Shown here piece after piece: positions 22,948 to 35,182 of a stretch of DNA of 64,000 nucleotides (positions are counted from its first letter, which is position 1; every line of letters starts with the position of its first letter). This DNA comes from Ascoidea asiatica JCM 7603 (Eukaryota; Fungi; Ascomycota). Under the pieces are notes generated by a model. It ran no database searches. It was given only the letters and a program-made list of their open reading frames with translations, and was not told where the DNA came from. The translations under genes and the position numbers were made by a program. The stretch is from NCBI GenBank assembly GCA_001600695.1, contig BCKQ01000001.1:2649228-2713227 (forward strand), written 5' to 3'.

Positions 22948-24645
22948 CTACTTTTCAGTATTTTGAGGTTGAATCTTTCTGATGAATTCTTGGTTTTTGG
23001 AATTGCTTGTTAACGAAAATCTTAAACAAACAATTATTCTTTCTTTAATGAATGGATTATATTCGTCAATGATACAATTATCTAGCATTAATTCTAGAAA
23101 ATGTTCTTCTCTTATAAGTTCTTGATTTCTGAAATTATCATAAACTAAAAATGAAACTATTTCAATTATGAAACTTTTTATATTAGGGAATTTTTCAATT
23201 TTTATATTTTCAAAATCATCATTTAAACCCTTGGGTAATTTTTCTTCTATACTTTTTAGAGTTAATTTATTCTGAATATCTTCAATTTCTCGTTGAGATA
23301 TTTTGGATAATGGTTTGATTTTGGTATTAAGAATCTTAAATATTTCTATTAATATAAGTAAAACATTATAGCTATTCAAAAATTCAATTGCAAATTTTTC
23401 ATAATTTACACATAAAGATATTAATGAGTTTAATATCATTTTAATTTTTTTATAAAATACTGTTAAGTTATTTTTCCTTCCATTATTTTCTATTTCAGAA
23501 AAAAATTCTGGTAATAACTTTTCACAGTCCTTTAGTGAATCATATAAAAAAGTTAATAGTATTATCAAATCATAGTTTGAAAATTCCTTATCTGAATGGG
23601 AGTTAATTATTAATTGTATTATGTTGAATAAAGAAATTGAAATGTCTTCTGTTTCTATAACTTTCTTTTTATTGAAAAATTTTGTAAAACTTTCATGGAT
23701 TATCATTTTTTTGAAAATCTCAAATAAAATTATTGAAATTTCTTCATAGTTTTGAATATCAATATCATTTTCATCATCTTTTTCAATTATTTTATCTTCA
23801 TATTTTCTAAACTCAAGAGTTAAAAAGCTTATCAAGAGTATTCCATTTTTCTCATCTTCATCATTATATAAGTCATACAAAAATTGATTAGTCTTAAATC
23901 TAGACTCATTTATAGCTTCTTTTGTATTTTTTATATTTATAGTATTATCAGCTAGAAAATTGTTCAAGTAAATTAAAAATGTAGATGAAAATGTTAAATC
24001 TTCGAGTATTTCGGAATAATCTAAAAATAAATAAGTAAAAATCTCACAAATTTTTTCATAAAAAATATTATTTGCTTCTGTTCTTGTTTCTATTTCATTT
24101 AATCGATAAGTGTTTTTATCCAAGTTTGAAAAATAAAGTTCTTTTGATAAATTATTCAATATTTGAAAAAAAGCAATTGGTAATCGAGTTTTTAAATTAT
24201 TTGGTAACCTCTTATGATTTTTCAATATTAGAAAAAGTTTTTCATAAATTAATATTTTGAATTCTCTGAAATTGAACTTACTTGAAAAATTGGAGTTATT
24301 ATTACCGTTATTTACTTCAATTTTATAACATTCTGGAATAACAAGTAAATTCCTACCTAGTAGTAATATTCCTCTTAAAATCCTTAACTTTAAATCTAAA
24401 GTTGCCAAATCATTACAATTTAATGAAAGCTTTGAAGTAATCATATTTTGAATTAATTTCCAAACTTCACATGAAAGAGAAAATGAAAATCTTTTTTCCT
24501 CATTGTTTAATGTGTATGATAATAACTCAGATAAACATTTTAAAGAACTATTAAGCAGTTTTTCTTCACCTTTAATATAACTAAATTGAATATCTTGTAA
24601 AAGAGAAACAAAATTGGTAATAGAACTTTCATTACTTATTGACAT
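22948..24645 (-). CDS. CTR86: Ctr86 / ataxin-10 family protein
   Basis: C-terminal Atx10 domain FPNIKSFIIEI...NQELIREEHFLELMLDNCIIDEYNPFIKERIIVCLRF...NQEFI; first ATG at 24645. Confidence 0.88.
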   Translation of the reverse strand: MSISNESSITNFVSLLQDIQFSYIKGEEKLLNSSLKCLSELLSYTLNNEEKRFSFSLSCEVWKLIQNMITSKLSLNCNDLATLDLKLRILRGILLLGRNLLVIPECYKIEVNNGNNNSNFSSKFNFREFKILIYEKLFLILKNHKRLPNNLKTRLPIAFFQILNNLSKELYFSNLDKNTYRLNEIETRTEANNIFYEKICEIFTYLFLDYSEILEDLTFSSTFLIYLNNFLADNTINIKNTKEAINESRFKTNQFLYDLYNDEDEKNGILLISFLTLEFRKYEDKIIEKDDENDIDIQNYEEISIILFEIFKKMIIHESFTKFFNKKKVIETEDISISLFNIIQLIINSHSDKEFSNYDLIILLTFLYDSLKDCEKLLPEFFSEIENNGRKNNLTVFYKKIKMILNSLISLCVNYEKFAIEFLNSYNVLLILIEIFKILNTKIKPLSKISQREIEDIQNKLTLKSIEEKLPKGLNDDFENIKIEKFPNIKSFIIEIVSFLVYDNFRNQELIREEHFLELMLDNCIIDEYNPFIKERIIVCLRFSLTSNSKNQEFIRKIQPQNTEK

Positions 24646-25094
24646 ATTTCTGCTAAAAGGTTTTAAGTACTTTAAAATGTTAAAATCTTTTTTTTCAATC
24701 CTTTTTTTTTTTAAGAAAAGTTTTGTTCTATCGGTCCTGTAATGATTTAACCGACTTTCCAAAAGTATTTATTGTTTTAATTTTGTAATGTGGCGGTGCT
24801 CAAATTTGAACAAGAAGTCAGTGAATCCATTTTAATGGATTCCACTAGCAATTTAAACTTAACGGGTCATCTGAATCACAGTGTTAATTCTCTCAATTTA
24901 CAAAAAAAGGTGGTAAAAAATTGTCAAATTTTTAAAAGTGATTCTTATTATTCAAAGAAGTACTTATGGATTTTATCATTAAAGCAATGTGATCTAAACT
25001 TGCAGGATTGAATATTATTTGTTTTTTAAAAAATTAATATTAAAAGATAATATAAAATAAAAATATTTAAAAAATTTAAAGTTCAAATACAATA

Positions 25095-25600
25095 TATTTA
25101 AAAGTGAAAGGTATTGGATCTTCTAAAGTTGAAAAGAATCAAGAAGCAGAAAAGAAAACATAAATAATGAAAATTGATATTTAAAAAAAATTGATTGATC
25201 ACAAAAATGAAAATTAGAAATAAACAACGAATGGGATTTTGAATACAGATAGAAATATGATACAAATTCAAATAATTTAATAAAATTAAATAATAGTATG
25301 AAAGCATTTGTTGATTCGTCAAATTATCAAAGGAAGCAAAATAATTTCAAATTGATTCATTGAATTATAGAATTAATGACTTAAATCAATTGTATATTAA
25401 AATTAATAAAAATTTTCAAATAATTTAAAATAGTAATGATACAAATTTAAAATCTTTAATTCAATCAGATTCTATCATTACCGTTAATAGAAGTTCTACA
25501 TTAGATAAAGGTCTGTCAAAAAGTCATCAAAAAAATGAACTGATTTAAGTGAATCATTTGAAGAAAATAATAAAAAGAAAAAAAAAGGTTATGGGTATAG
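25095..25600 (+). pseudogene. Possible decayed coding relic of unknown family
   Basis: Purine-rich codon-like stretches (NEWDFEYR*KYDTNS..., IDSLNYRINDLNQLYIK...) broken by stops and frameshifts, followed by a T-rich 3'UTR-like tract; no recognisable homology. Confidence 0.25.
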
Positions 25601-26074
25601 ATTTATTTATTGAGTGTATTTAAACCTTTCAATTTATTTTTTGGTATATTTTAGTTTGTTTGAGTATCTGAGCATTTGTCTATTTATCTTATTTTGTTTG
25701 GTTTTATTGCTTTTTTAGGTAATTTTTTTTCAATTTTTGGTTGGAGCGTTGCTTCCATTCATTTCTTTTTTTTTCATAGTTTTCACATTGTTCCTTAGTT
25801 TTAAATTGCTTTCCTTAATCTCTAATGTTGCATAATAGTTTTCAATAATAATCTATATAAGTATCTAACAAAAATTTATTCTTTGTGTTTAATAAATAAT
25901 GCTTTTATACATCGGATATCGGGTATTTGAGATTAGTTGGTACCGCAAACCTGGATCGGCAGTATCCGTTAATAAAGTTAGAAAAAAAATTGTTGAAAAA
26001 AGCAAAAAATAACAAAAATAAACAGGAAAAAAAAAAAAACAAGATCATATCTGGTCTGGAACCAGAGCATCTGT

Positions 26075-29000
26075 TCAAAGCATGTTCATAACCCCTGCTG
26101 AATAAGCTAAAGACCAAGTTTTACTTGCACCATCATCTAGATAACTTGAAGAAAAATCAGTAGAGGAAAAAAAATCATAACTTGATTCAGGATCAAATAA
26201 TGCTTGATTCAACTTTAGAATACCTTTCCAATTACTGGTTAAATCATCAACTACAGAACTAATAATGGAATTCCATTCTTCTGTAACAAAAGTAGGACCT
26301 CTTATCAACGAAGAAACTGGTGTCACTGGTAACATATGGATTCCTTGAATATACTCAATGTTTGTACCAAAATAGGTTGTATGATCTATCTTATTTTCAA
26401 AAAGTATACCAGAAACTTTATTGCCTATGAAATTAGATGGTTCCACTATGTTATCGCTGGAGTAGAGCATGTATAAGTTCATGGATCTTTTCATTACTTG
26501 GAGCATTAAATCACCTCTATATTGCATAGAATAATCTCCTATAACTTGGCCCCAAAGTTTCATACCATAAGCAAAGTTATAATCTTCTGAACTTGATTCT
26601 TGATTTCTTCCATCTCCTGCTTCAAAAAGACCACTAGCCCATGAATGTCCTGCATACCAATCAAACATTCTCGATTTTGGAAAATAAGGGTCGTTCCAAC
26701 TTGGATTTGCTACATCTCTTACAAGAGAGTTGACCCATTCTTTGTTTTCATCAACCCATGTTCCATTTCCAACTGCATTATCAACATACCCTATAACTGC
26801 TGCTGCATGAATAAAGTAACCGTAATGAAAATGATGATCATTGTAGTATGGACCTCCAAAATCAGCACCTGTGTCACCGGATTGAGCTGCTTCTGAAGTA
26901 ACTCCTCCCCAAACCGTATCGTACATTAATTTATAATACATTCCATTATCTAGAGCTACTTGGAAAGTTTCTTTTAATTGCTCCAATGATGATAAAGTGA
27001 AATCGTCGTCTTTTAAAATATCCTTAATAACTAAAAGAATATAAGCGTATTTATCAATATATTTTCCCGCATAATATGTACTTAGACCTTCAAAAGCTGC
27101 CTTTGTATCAACAGACATTTCACTGTTAGCTGCTTCTGCAATAAGTGTTAGTTGATCTGAAGTGAAAGTTAATTCAGTTGTATTTGTCATTAATTGAGAC
27201 CATGGTAGAAATCCAATAGCAGTACTTTCTAAGTATTCTTCCATTATCAATTCATTTGTCAAGAATGCGTACATTTCTCCTTTAGTTGTTGACATCAAAG
27301 ATATTCCAGTTGCAGTATTTGAAGTCTCGCTTGTAATTGAAGCATAATGGTGAGGTAAACCGAAAATTATAGGGAATCCAGAAGAACTTGAACCTTCTGT
27401 TTGATAAACGAAACTATATGTTGCATAATCAGTGGTCGAAACAGAACCAGTTACATCGACTGTAGTAACATAAATACCAGCACTTTGGTCATAATAGGTC
27501 TCAAGATCATTGGAGACTGTATCCGGAGCTACAGCTGCTTGGATTATAAGCCCATCAATTGAATAGGACCCTTTGATTGTTGTTGAATCATCCATATCAA
27601 AAGTGAAATCATCATAATTTGAAATTTCTGAAGGAAAAGTAACATAAAGTAGCCAAGTATATCCATTACCTAAAACGGCTCTAAACTTCATTATATTATA
27701 AATTGTTAATTCATCAGATTCCTCTTGCATTAAAGAAGAAATTCCAACTTGAGATTTAATATAAGGCACCAAATCACCATGATAAATGGAAGTTACATAA
27801 CCCATACCTTGTACTAATGGAATTTCAATATAATTTACAGTTGAATCAACAGAAATAGAAACAGAAATTGACATATCTTTTATATCGGATAGGCTCATTT
27901 TAATATTACCATTATCAAATTCATAAGCAGAAAAAATGACCGAGGCAATATTTGTTGGATTGACAAAATATGAAGCAGCACCTGTTATACTATCAGTATC
28001 ACCAAAAACAGTTTGTGATCTATTAACATATGATACAGCAAAACCATAATAGTCAATAGTTGAATTTAAAAACCATACACCATATGGGTAAGTCCAAACC
28101 ATATCTTCAGCAGTACCAATTAATAAATTGGTAAAAAATTTATTTGTTTCAATAGGAATATCATCATTACTTACACCTGAATTTGGACTTATAGGTAAAG
28201 CTTCTCTTTCAAATATATCGGGTGGTTCTGAGGTATCTATTGGCTCAAATAAACTTCCAGACCATGAGACACCAACATTCAATACAGTTGCAGTTAATTG
28301 TGAAGTATATGTTGAAACAGAGATTGAAGTAGAAGTGGATATAAGAGAGGTTGTTATTAAAGAGGTTGAAATAGAAGTAGATACAGAGGTTGAGGTTGAT
28401 TCAGATTCAGATGAAGATATTGAAGTTGATAACGAAATAGAAAGTGATGTAGATATGGAAGTTGTTGTTATAGCAGATTCAGTAACGGTTGATGTTATTG
28501 CAGAAATTGAAATTGAAGTCGAAGTTACAATAAAAGATGAAATTGTAGTTAATGTTGAAGTTGATTCAGATGTTACTAGAGATTCTGAAGTTAAAGTTGA
28601 AATTCCAAGGGAAGTTGATTTACACAAAGATGTTGAAGTTGATTGAGAAGTTGTTGTTGTTATATCTAAAATATTTGTAGAAGTTTTCACAGTTATATCA
28701 GAAGTCAAAGTTGAAGTTGAAATTTTAACAGATATCTCAGAAGAAGTTTCAGAAGCAGAGAATAATGGATAATCAGAAGATTTTTCCGTTATTGTTGAGA
28801 CTATAGACCCTGTACATGAGGTGAAATTAGACTGGGTTGCAATAAACTTTGTTTTTGTTGTTGTTAATTTATTGTCATTATTACTATTGCTGTCGGTATC
28901 ATAATTATTGGTATTAATATTGGTTTTGGAATTAGAAATGGTATTGAGATTGGAATTGGAATGGGAAATTATATCAGAATTGGTATTAGATATATTTTCA

Positions 29001-29422
29001 TTATTAGATGTGTTTTCATTGCTGGAATTTAAATCATTTGTTATTGATGCTTTGGTCGCACTGGTTGGTTGAAGTATTTGAATACTTGTATTTGGTTTTA
29101 GAATTGAATGTGAATGTGAAATTGGCTGTGAATAAATATCAGTTGTTGAATCAGAGGTCTCTAAAGCAGAAGTAACGAGTGAAAGAATTGAAGTTGTTGA
29201 TTCAATATAATGACAAGCTCGAGTATTTTTAATTAGATCTGATGAGCATGATGTTATAGTTACTGTTGCAGTTGAGGTTAAATAAGTTTCATAAACTGTT
29301 TTTGTTGAAGTTTGAGGTTTTAAAGGATTAGCATGTCTTTTCATGAGAACAGCAGCACTAACAAATTGGGATAAAAAAAATATAGCATAAAATAATAAAT
29401 GTAAGAAATTATTCAAACTCAT
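26075..29422 (-). CDS. DSE4: Secreted GH81 endo-1,3-beta-glucanase with Ser/Thr-rich stalk (Dse4/Eng1)
   Basis: Signal peptide, PIETNKFFTNL, YYNDHHFHYGY, GRNQESSSEDYNFAY catalytic motif, YIQGIHMLPVTP; first ATG at 29422. Confidence 0.93.
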   Translation of the reverse strand: MSLNNFLHLLFYAIFFLSQFVSAAVLMKRHANPLKPQTSTKTVYETYLTSTATVTITSCSSDLIKNTRACHYIESTTSILSLVTSALETSDSTTDIYSQPISHSHSILKPNTSIQILQPTSATKASITNDLNSSNENTSNNENISNTNSDIISHSNSNLNTISNSKTNINTNNYDTDSNSNNDNKLTTTKTKFIATQSNFTSCTGSIVSTITEKSSDYPLFSASETSSEISVKISTSTLTSDITVKTSTNILDITTTTSQSTSTSLCKSTSLGISTLTSESLVTSESTSTLTTISSFIVTSTSISISAITSTVTESAITTTSISTSLSISLSTSISSSESESTSTSVSTSISTSLITTSLISTSTSISVSTYTSQLTATVLNVGVSWSGSLFEPIDTSEPPDIFEREALPISPNSGVSNDDIPIETNKFFTNLLIGTAEDMVWTYPYGVWFLNSTIDYYGFAVSYVNRSQTVFGDTDSITGAASYFVNPTNIASVIFSAYEFDNGNIKMSLSDIKDMSISVSISVDSTVNYIEIPLVQGMGYVTSIYHGDLVPYIKSQVGISSLMQEESDELTIYNIMKFRAVLGNGYTWLLYVTFPSEISNYDDFTFDMDDSTTIKGSYSIDGLIIQAAVAPDTVSNDLETYYDQSAGIYVTTVDVTGSVSTTDYATYSFVYQTEGSSSSGFPIIFGLPHHYASITSETSNTATGISLMSTTKGEMYAFLTNELIMEEYLESTAIGFLPWSQLMTNTTELTFTSDQLTLIAEAANSEMSVDTKAAFEGLSTYYAGKYIDKYAYILLVIKDILKDDDFTLSSLEQLKETFQVALDNGMYYKLMYDTVWGGVTSEAAQSGDTGADFGGPYYNDHHFHYGYFIHAAAVIGYVDNAVGNGTWVDENKEWVNSLVRDVANPSWNDPYFPKSRMFDWYAGHSWASGLFEAGDGRNQESSSEDYNFAYGMKLWGQVIGDYSMQYRGDLMLQVMKRSMNLYMLYSSDNIVEPSNFIGNKVSGILFENKIDHTTYFGTNIEYIQGIHMLPVTPVSSLIRGPTFVTEEWNSIISSVVDDLTSNWKGILKLNQALFDPESSYDFFSSTDFSSSYLDDGASKTWSLAYSAGVMNML

Positions 29423-32400
29423 GATTGATGAGAAAGACAAAAAATTGAAAGTGAAGGTTGATAATTAACAAAGTACTAATTCACACTGATGCTTTATTGA
29501 ATAAAGAAAAATGAACTTGAGCAAAAAAAAAAAACATAGTGGAAATAAAAGCCAATTTATATAATACATCAATCAATTAATTAATTAATTCAGTGAAAAA
29601 AGAAGTTTGAAGAAGTGGAATTAGTGAAAAAACAATATCTTAGATAAAGGAATTTTAATAGTATAATAAAATTAATCTCCTTTTAATATAATGTATATTG
29701 AAAAGAGGTGAAAGAAAAACAATGCAATCTGCCTAATAAAGAAATAACGATAACAAAGAAAGATAAACAAAAGTAATAAAGAATGAAATGTAGGAAAAGT
29801 TAGAAGAAACTAAAGAAGTTGAAAAGAAAACTGAACAACTCCATTTTCACTGCAGCTCAGTATCAGCCCAGATGAATCTGGAATTAATGCTGGAGAAGCT
29901 TCAGTAATAGCTTCGAGCCCGTCACAATAATTTGTTTCCGAACATGACCCAGAACTTGCACCAAGATAAGCAGCGGTAAAAGGACTTGCATCAACAATCG
30001 CATTGGGTGCAACAAAATAGGTGCAATAATTGGTAAGGGCTTAAGCCCGATGCCATTTCAGAAGAAATGAATGAATTCCAAGAATAACGCTAGTTCTAGT
30101 CATGGAACTATTAATATTCGTGGTAAAGAGCTGCAATAATCTTCAGTCAACTAATTTGATGTTCACTTTTTCCATATTCTATCGTTAAAATGAGCATAAA
30201 ATATAAGATAATTTTAGGCAAATGATATTTAGTCTGGAATGTTAGTTAATTGGCTTTGTAGCGTATCCCTGCCACATGTGTTAGGGTGTATAATGTCTTT
30301 CGTTCAAATGACCATGCACAATATACAACCTCACTAAGTATATTCTAAATTTTATATAATATTTCAACTTCTTTCCTAGATTTGAATATTGCGCTGATTG
30401 ATCTTGCCACTTTAACAAAGTTGCAAGTATTAATCTTCAAAATTCTTGGTCATAATTTGGAAATTTGGCTGCAATCAAACTCGATTTCTATTCTTTTATT
30501 GATAATTTGAGCTTCAAACAATAAATGACAAGTCTGAAAACAGTACCAGAATGACTTTAATAAAATAATAAACGTTAAATTTTAAGATGGCGCTAAATAC
30601 GACTTAGACAGCAGAACAATAAAACATTTAAATTTATATTTCTCTGAGCTTCAACTGAAATTAGACATTTAATACATGATGGCAATACTGTATACATTGA
30701 TGTTGTATTAATCTCAGGTAAGGTTACGTTAATGTTGTACCGTATACATTGATGTTGTGCTGTGCAGTAAAGTACTCCAATGTTCATTGCTTATTTAATT
30801 TTTAACAATGGTACCCTACTTGTTCACACTCCGAGTATTCACTATAGCATTAAAGCATATCGTATTTGTCCTATTTCATTTAATACATTCTAGTAAGTCA
30901 ATCTGATTCTTTCTAACAAGTTTAATAAACTAAATTGTCAAAAATACCTGCGAAAATAAAGTAACATAGATATAAAAAGAAAAAAGTTCTTAATTGCAAA
31001 ATTATAAAGATGTTACTTTGCCATACTGCTTTGAGTGAGTTTAAACTACTGTCTTTTTATAGTGTCACTTTTTATTTTTCTAAAAATTTACATTGATTTA
31101 TTAAAATTTCCTAATCAATTATTTTTTAATGATTTTATACTTCCAGATCCAAATCAATTTTTCTAGAAATATTGACGAAGTTCCTTGATTAATAAAACTA
31201 TTCTAGGCCTCTTAAAGGTTTATTATTTCGAAATAGAACTTTTACGTTTATCAACAGATCCAATTGAATATTGGAACACCGAATTGATAAACTTAAAATT
31301 GAACTATTTCCTATTTTCATTTTAAATCTAAACATCTTCCAGTTACCTTCTCAAAAAAACATAAAGACACGCTTTTCCTTATTAAATTTTTATTTTTTTT
31401 TATGCTATGTTTCGAACATAACTTTATGGCAAATATCTAGCCATTTGTGTTCTAGAATACACTAAAATACCGTAATATAGGGGGTTAGTCTACAATTTAG
31501 GTCGATATTACCTAAATCTAGGCCGAGGATATTTCCTAAAACTAAAGCTATCTAATTAAATCAGGGCTATTTATTATAGCCCTTTAAATTGTCACGGGTA
31601 GACCTACTGCTTATTTTGACTGCCATTGTGTATTTGAGTCTGCTGAATAATGTCTTTACTGTTTGTCTTATGGATTTTCGTTTCAAATAAGGCAACACAG
31701 CCACATATTCTAATACTTGAAAAGCAATGATAAAGAGATACAATAAGGCGAGTTAAGGTCCATACAATCTAGAATAGTAGGGTAAAAGAAAAAAATTGGA
31801 AACGTGAATTCCTAAACCAAATGAGCTTTTGTAATACTGTAGCATCACAGATATTAATATTTTCATAAATTGGAATGATCTTAAGTGGTAAAATGTTATT
31901 AACGCAAACTAATTTTTATAGAAGAATAAAATCAAATATTATTTCATTTAGAAAACCAGGAAAAGATGAACATCAAAGATTTCACTTTTGTAAGGATAAT
32001 TGAACGAAAAGTGCCTTAAGCATTGTTTCGTGTCTTCCTTGAATTACTTAATTGACTATTGATAGCTTTTATTTGAAATAAAAAAAAAAAGTCCTTTTCT
32101 AATGATTGTAATTGAGATGTCTTTTTCACTAATCTATAACATAATATTAAGGTAAATTAGATTTTTTTTATTTTGTTGATATCTTGATATTTCTATCGAT
32201 TTTCTATTTGATTCAGTTGAAGTAAGGTTGTTGACTTACAAAAGCTAACGTTACTCCTGACGTTACACCGTGCTGCCGAATGGAGAACAACGTGCCATGC
32301 TATGCTCGGGTAAACCAAAATCATTGGATAATTTTTATAATAAGAAAATATACCTTTATTTTATAACAGATGTATGATCGCAGAATATCAACACTACACA

Positions 32401-32635
32401 ATTATCTATTCAAAAATATATCCAAAAATATATCTAAGATCTTCAAATGAATTGAAATAACAATAATCAATTGATTACAGAAATCAATATTGGAATATGA
32501 TATCAGTTTAAACTACATAAATTATTACTTACGTATAACTTGAATTCCATTTCCTTAAAAAACCTTTATTTATTTTTCAAGCCCACTAAAATTCACTTTC
32601 TTTTTATTTATCTATAGATTCTTAGTGGTTCAAGC

Positions 32636-34126
32636 ATGAATAATAATCAAATTCAAATACAAAATCAAAATAATCAAATAGATCAAAATCAAAAAAGTCA
32701 CCAAAATCATCAAGATATTCAAAAATTTCAGAAAATACAAGGTATACAGGAAAAAAAAATAACTGCTAATAGTCCCATAAATCTCAGTTGTTTGAAAAAT
32801 CAAAATCATCAAATTGATAAATGTAACCAGAGTGTTCAAACAAATAGTCAAAAGTGTCAAAACAATCTCAACATTCAGAAAAATTTGAAGGAAGTTAAAC
32901 CTTTCGGTTCTAACTTAAACAATCAATCTACTACTGAAAATATCAATTTACAAAATAATACAAGTGGAAATGGATCTCAAAATACAAGCAGGAATATAAA
33001 TAATTTTAAAGGAGATAAAAATATAGCATCTCTAAATAATTCAATAAAATTACCAAGAGACTTCAAATCATGCTCTAGAGATGACCTATTGATAATGATT
33101 TGTAGAATGATAATATCTTTGATGAAAATCAACGATAATTTACCTTTACCTTCTTCAATGAATTTGACAAGATTCCATTCAAGAGCTCCTCCAAGTATCT
33201 CCGTTTATGATTATTTAAATAGATTGATTAAATATAATTCAATTGAAAATTCAATACTCCTATCTTCAATATATTATATTGATTTACTAACTTCCGTCTA
33301 TTCCAATTTTAATTTGAACTCATTGACAGTTCATAGGTTTTTATTAACAGCCACAACTATTGGTTCAAAAGGATTATGCGATTTTTTTTGTACTAATAGA
33401 CATTACGCAAAAATAGGTGGTGTGACTATAAATGAATTAAATATCTTAGAAGTTGAATTTTTAAGAAAAGTCAATTGGAGAATAGTTCCAAGAAATCTAT
33501 CAGATGATAACAATAATTTTAAAAACGATGATAAGCCAAATATTTCAAGCTCAAATGCTAATTCTAATTCAACTATCAACATGCTTCTGAATAAAATTGG
33601 TATCGGTGCAGCAAATGAAATATTGAATAATTATTATAGAACTTTAATTGATTTTGTGGGTAGTGAGAATTCTATAGACTTAGAATCCAATGACAAGATA
33701 TGTAAATCTAAAAGTTCGGTAATATATTATTTAGAAGATGAATCCGAGTCTGAGTCCGAATTAATTGAAGAAAAAGAAATAGACATAGAAGTTCAGAAGG
33801 AATTTCATAGGGAAGAAAATTATGTACAAGGAAGAGATGCTGAAGTTCTGCCAAGCGAAGAAGTAGAAGAAGAAGATAAAGAGGAAACTGAGTTGATACC
33901 GACCTCAGAAACTGAGAATAATAATTATATTAGTACATTGCCAGTTAATTCAAATGATCAGAAGAATAAAATAGAAAATATTGATTGTAAGCCAATTGAT
34001 TCTAAATCTTTAAAATCGAAAATGAAATCAAATTTAATAATACCGGAACCAGATAAACACTCATTTAAAAAAAGAAGATTATTTAACCATGAAGAATATC
34101 GCAGTAATCTGAGCTCAAACAAATAA
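32636..34126 (+). CDS. PHO80: Pho85 cyclin Pho80
   Basis: LTRFHSRAPPSISVYDYL, YYIDLL, NSLTVHRFLLTATTIGSKGLCDFFCTNRHYAKIGGV. Confidence 0.93.
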   Translation: MNNNQIQIQNQNNQIDQNQKSHQNHQDIQKFQKIQGIQEKKITANSPINLSCLKNQNHQIDKCNQSVQTNSQKCQNNLNIQKNLKEVKPFGSNLNNQSTTENINLQNNTSGNGSQNTSRNINNFKGDKNIASLNNSIKLPRDFKSCSRDDLLIMICRMIISLMKINDNLPLPSSMNLTRFHSRAPPSISVYDYLNRLIKYNSIENSILLSSIYYIDLLTSVYSNFNLNSLTVHRFLLTATTIGSKGLCDFFCTNRHYAKIGGVTINELNILEVEFLRKVNWRIVPRNLSDDNNNFKNDDKPNISSSNANSNSTINMLLNKIGIGAANEILNNYYRTLIDFVGSENSIDLESNDKICKSKSSVIYYLEDESESESELIEEKEIDIEVQKEFHREENYVQGRDAEVLPSEEVEEEDKEETELIPTSETENNNYISTLPVNSNDQKNKIENIDCKPIDSKSLKSKMKSNLIIPEPDKHSFKKRRLFNHEEYRSNLSSNK

Positions 34127-35182
34127 ATGACAAACTAAGATGCTTTAAATGAGTATGAAAATGTAACAATACAATGAAATAATTTTCCAAAAAAATTTTC
34201 TGTTCGCTATATCAATATATGCATTTGAATAATCTGCTGAACTTTTTGAAAATTTAGTAGAAGTATTATTATTGTGTAATATTGAAAAGAATAGCTGATG
34301 AGTTGCTGAGAACATCAAAGCTGAATAGAATAGTGTGTTAAATGCGATAGTTATAAAGAGAAGATTTTCAAACAGTCAACTTAAGCTTAAATAAGTGCTA
34401 AAAAATGGATTGAAAAATAGGATATGATTAAAAGTGAATTATGCCGGGTAAAAGTTGAATAACCACTGTATACTAGAATATGCTCAATAACAAATTATCT
34501 AATAATGAAATTTTGAATCTTAGTTATTAAATTATTAGTTTCAGAAATCATTTGAAAAGTCCCTCCTGAAATAAAAATAATAAAAAAGTTTTAATGAAAA
34601 TAGGGTAGAAAATTGACTCTATTAAGTTAGAATAGATATCAAGAGTATAGTTGAATACACTAAACGTCAAACATTTTCTGCAATTGAAAGTAGTTTGAAT
34701 TTTCATATTCTTTTATCAGCTTTACTATAAGCCTTTGGCTATTATATCATAATATTAGGAGAGTGGACCAAAAATATGTATTTTCAAATTGAATGCTTTT
34801 TACTTCAAGAGAATTGATATGTCCAGGGGATATATTAAAGATGTTTCTATAAAGATGCTTATGTAAATTTTGATATTTCAACTTTGATTTTTTATAAATA
34901 TATTTTTCATTCATTCTCAAGCAAACTTTTTTTTCTAAAAAGAAATCATTTCTACAAATATAATCAAATCAAGTGAGTAAGAATTAATTCAAACCTCATT
35001 CAATTGTTTAAGTAAAGCATTTCATGACATTTTTTATCTAAAAATCTATGTTGTAGTACCCTTCAAGCCGCATCTCAAAATTTCCATTTAACAATCTGTG
35101 ATTTAACATTTTGCAGGTATCTGCTAAACAACTGAAAACAAATACAATTATACTGAATTCTTGAATTAATTTCCATAATTAT

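Noticed and set aside
24823-24842. GAATCCATT-TT-AATGGATTC palindrome upstream of CTR86
   Set aside because: Single short palindrome with no further support for a function
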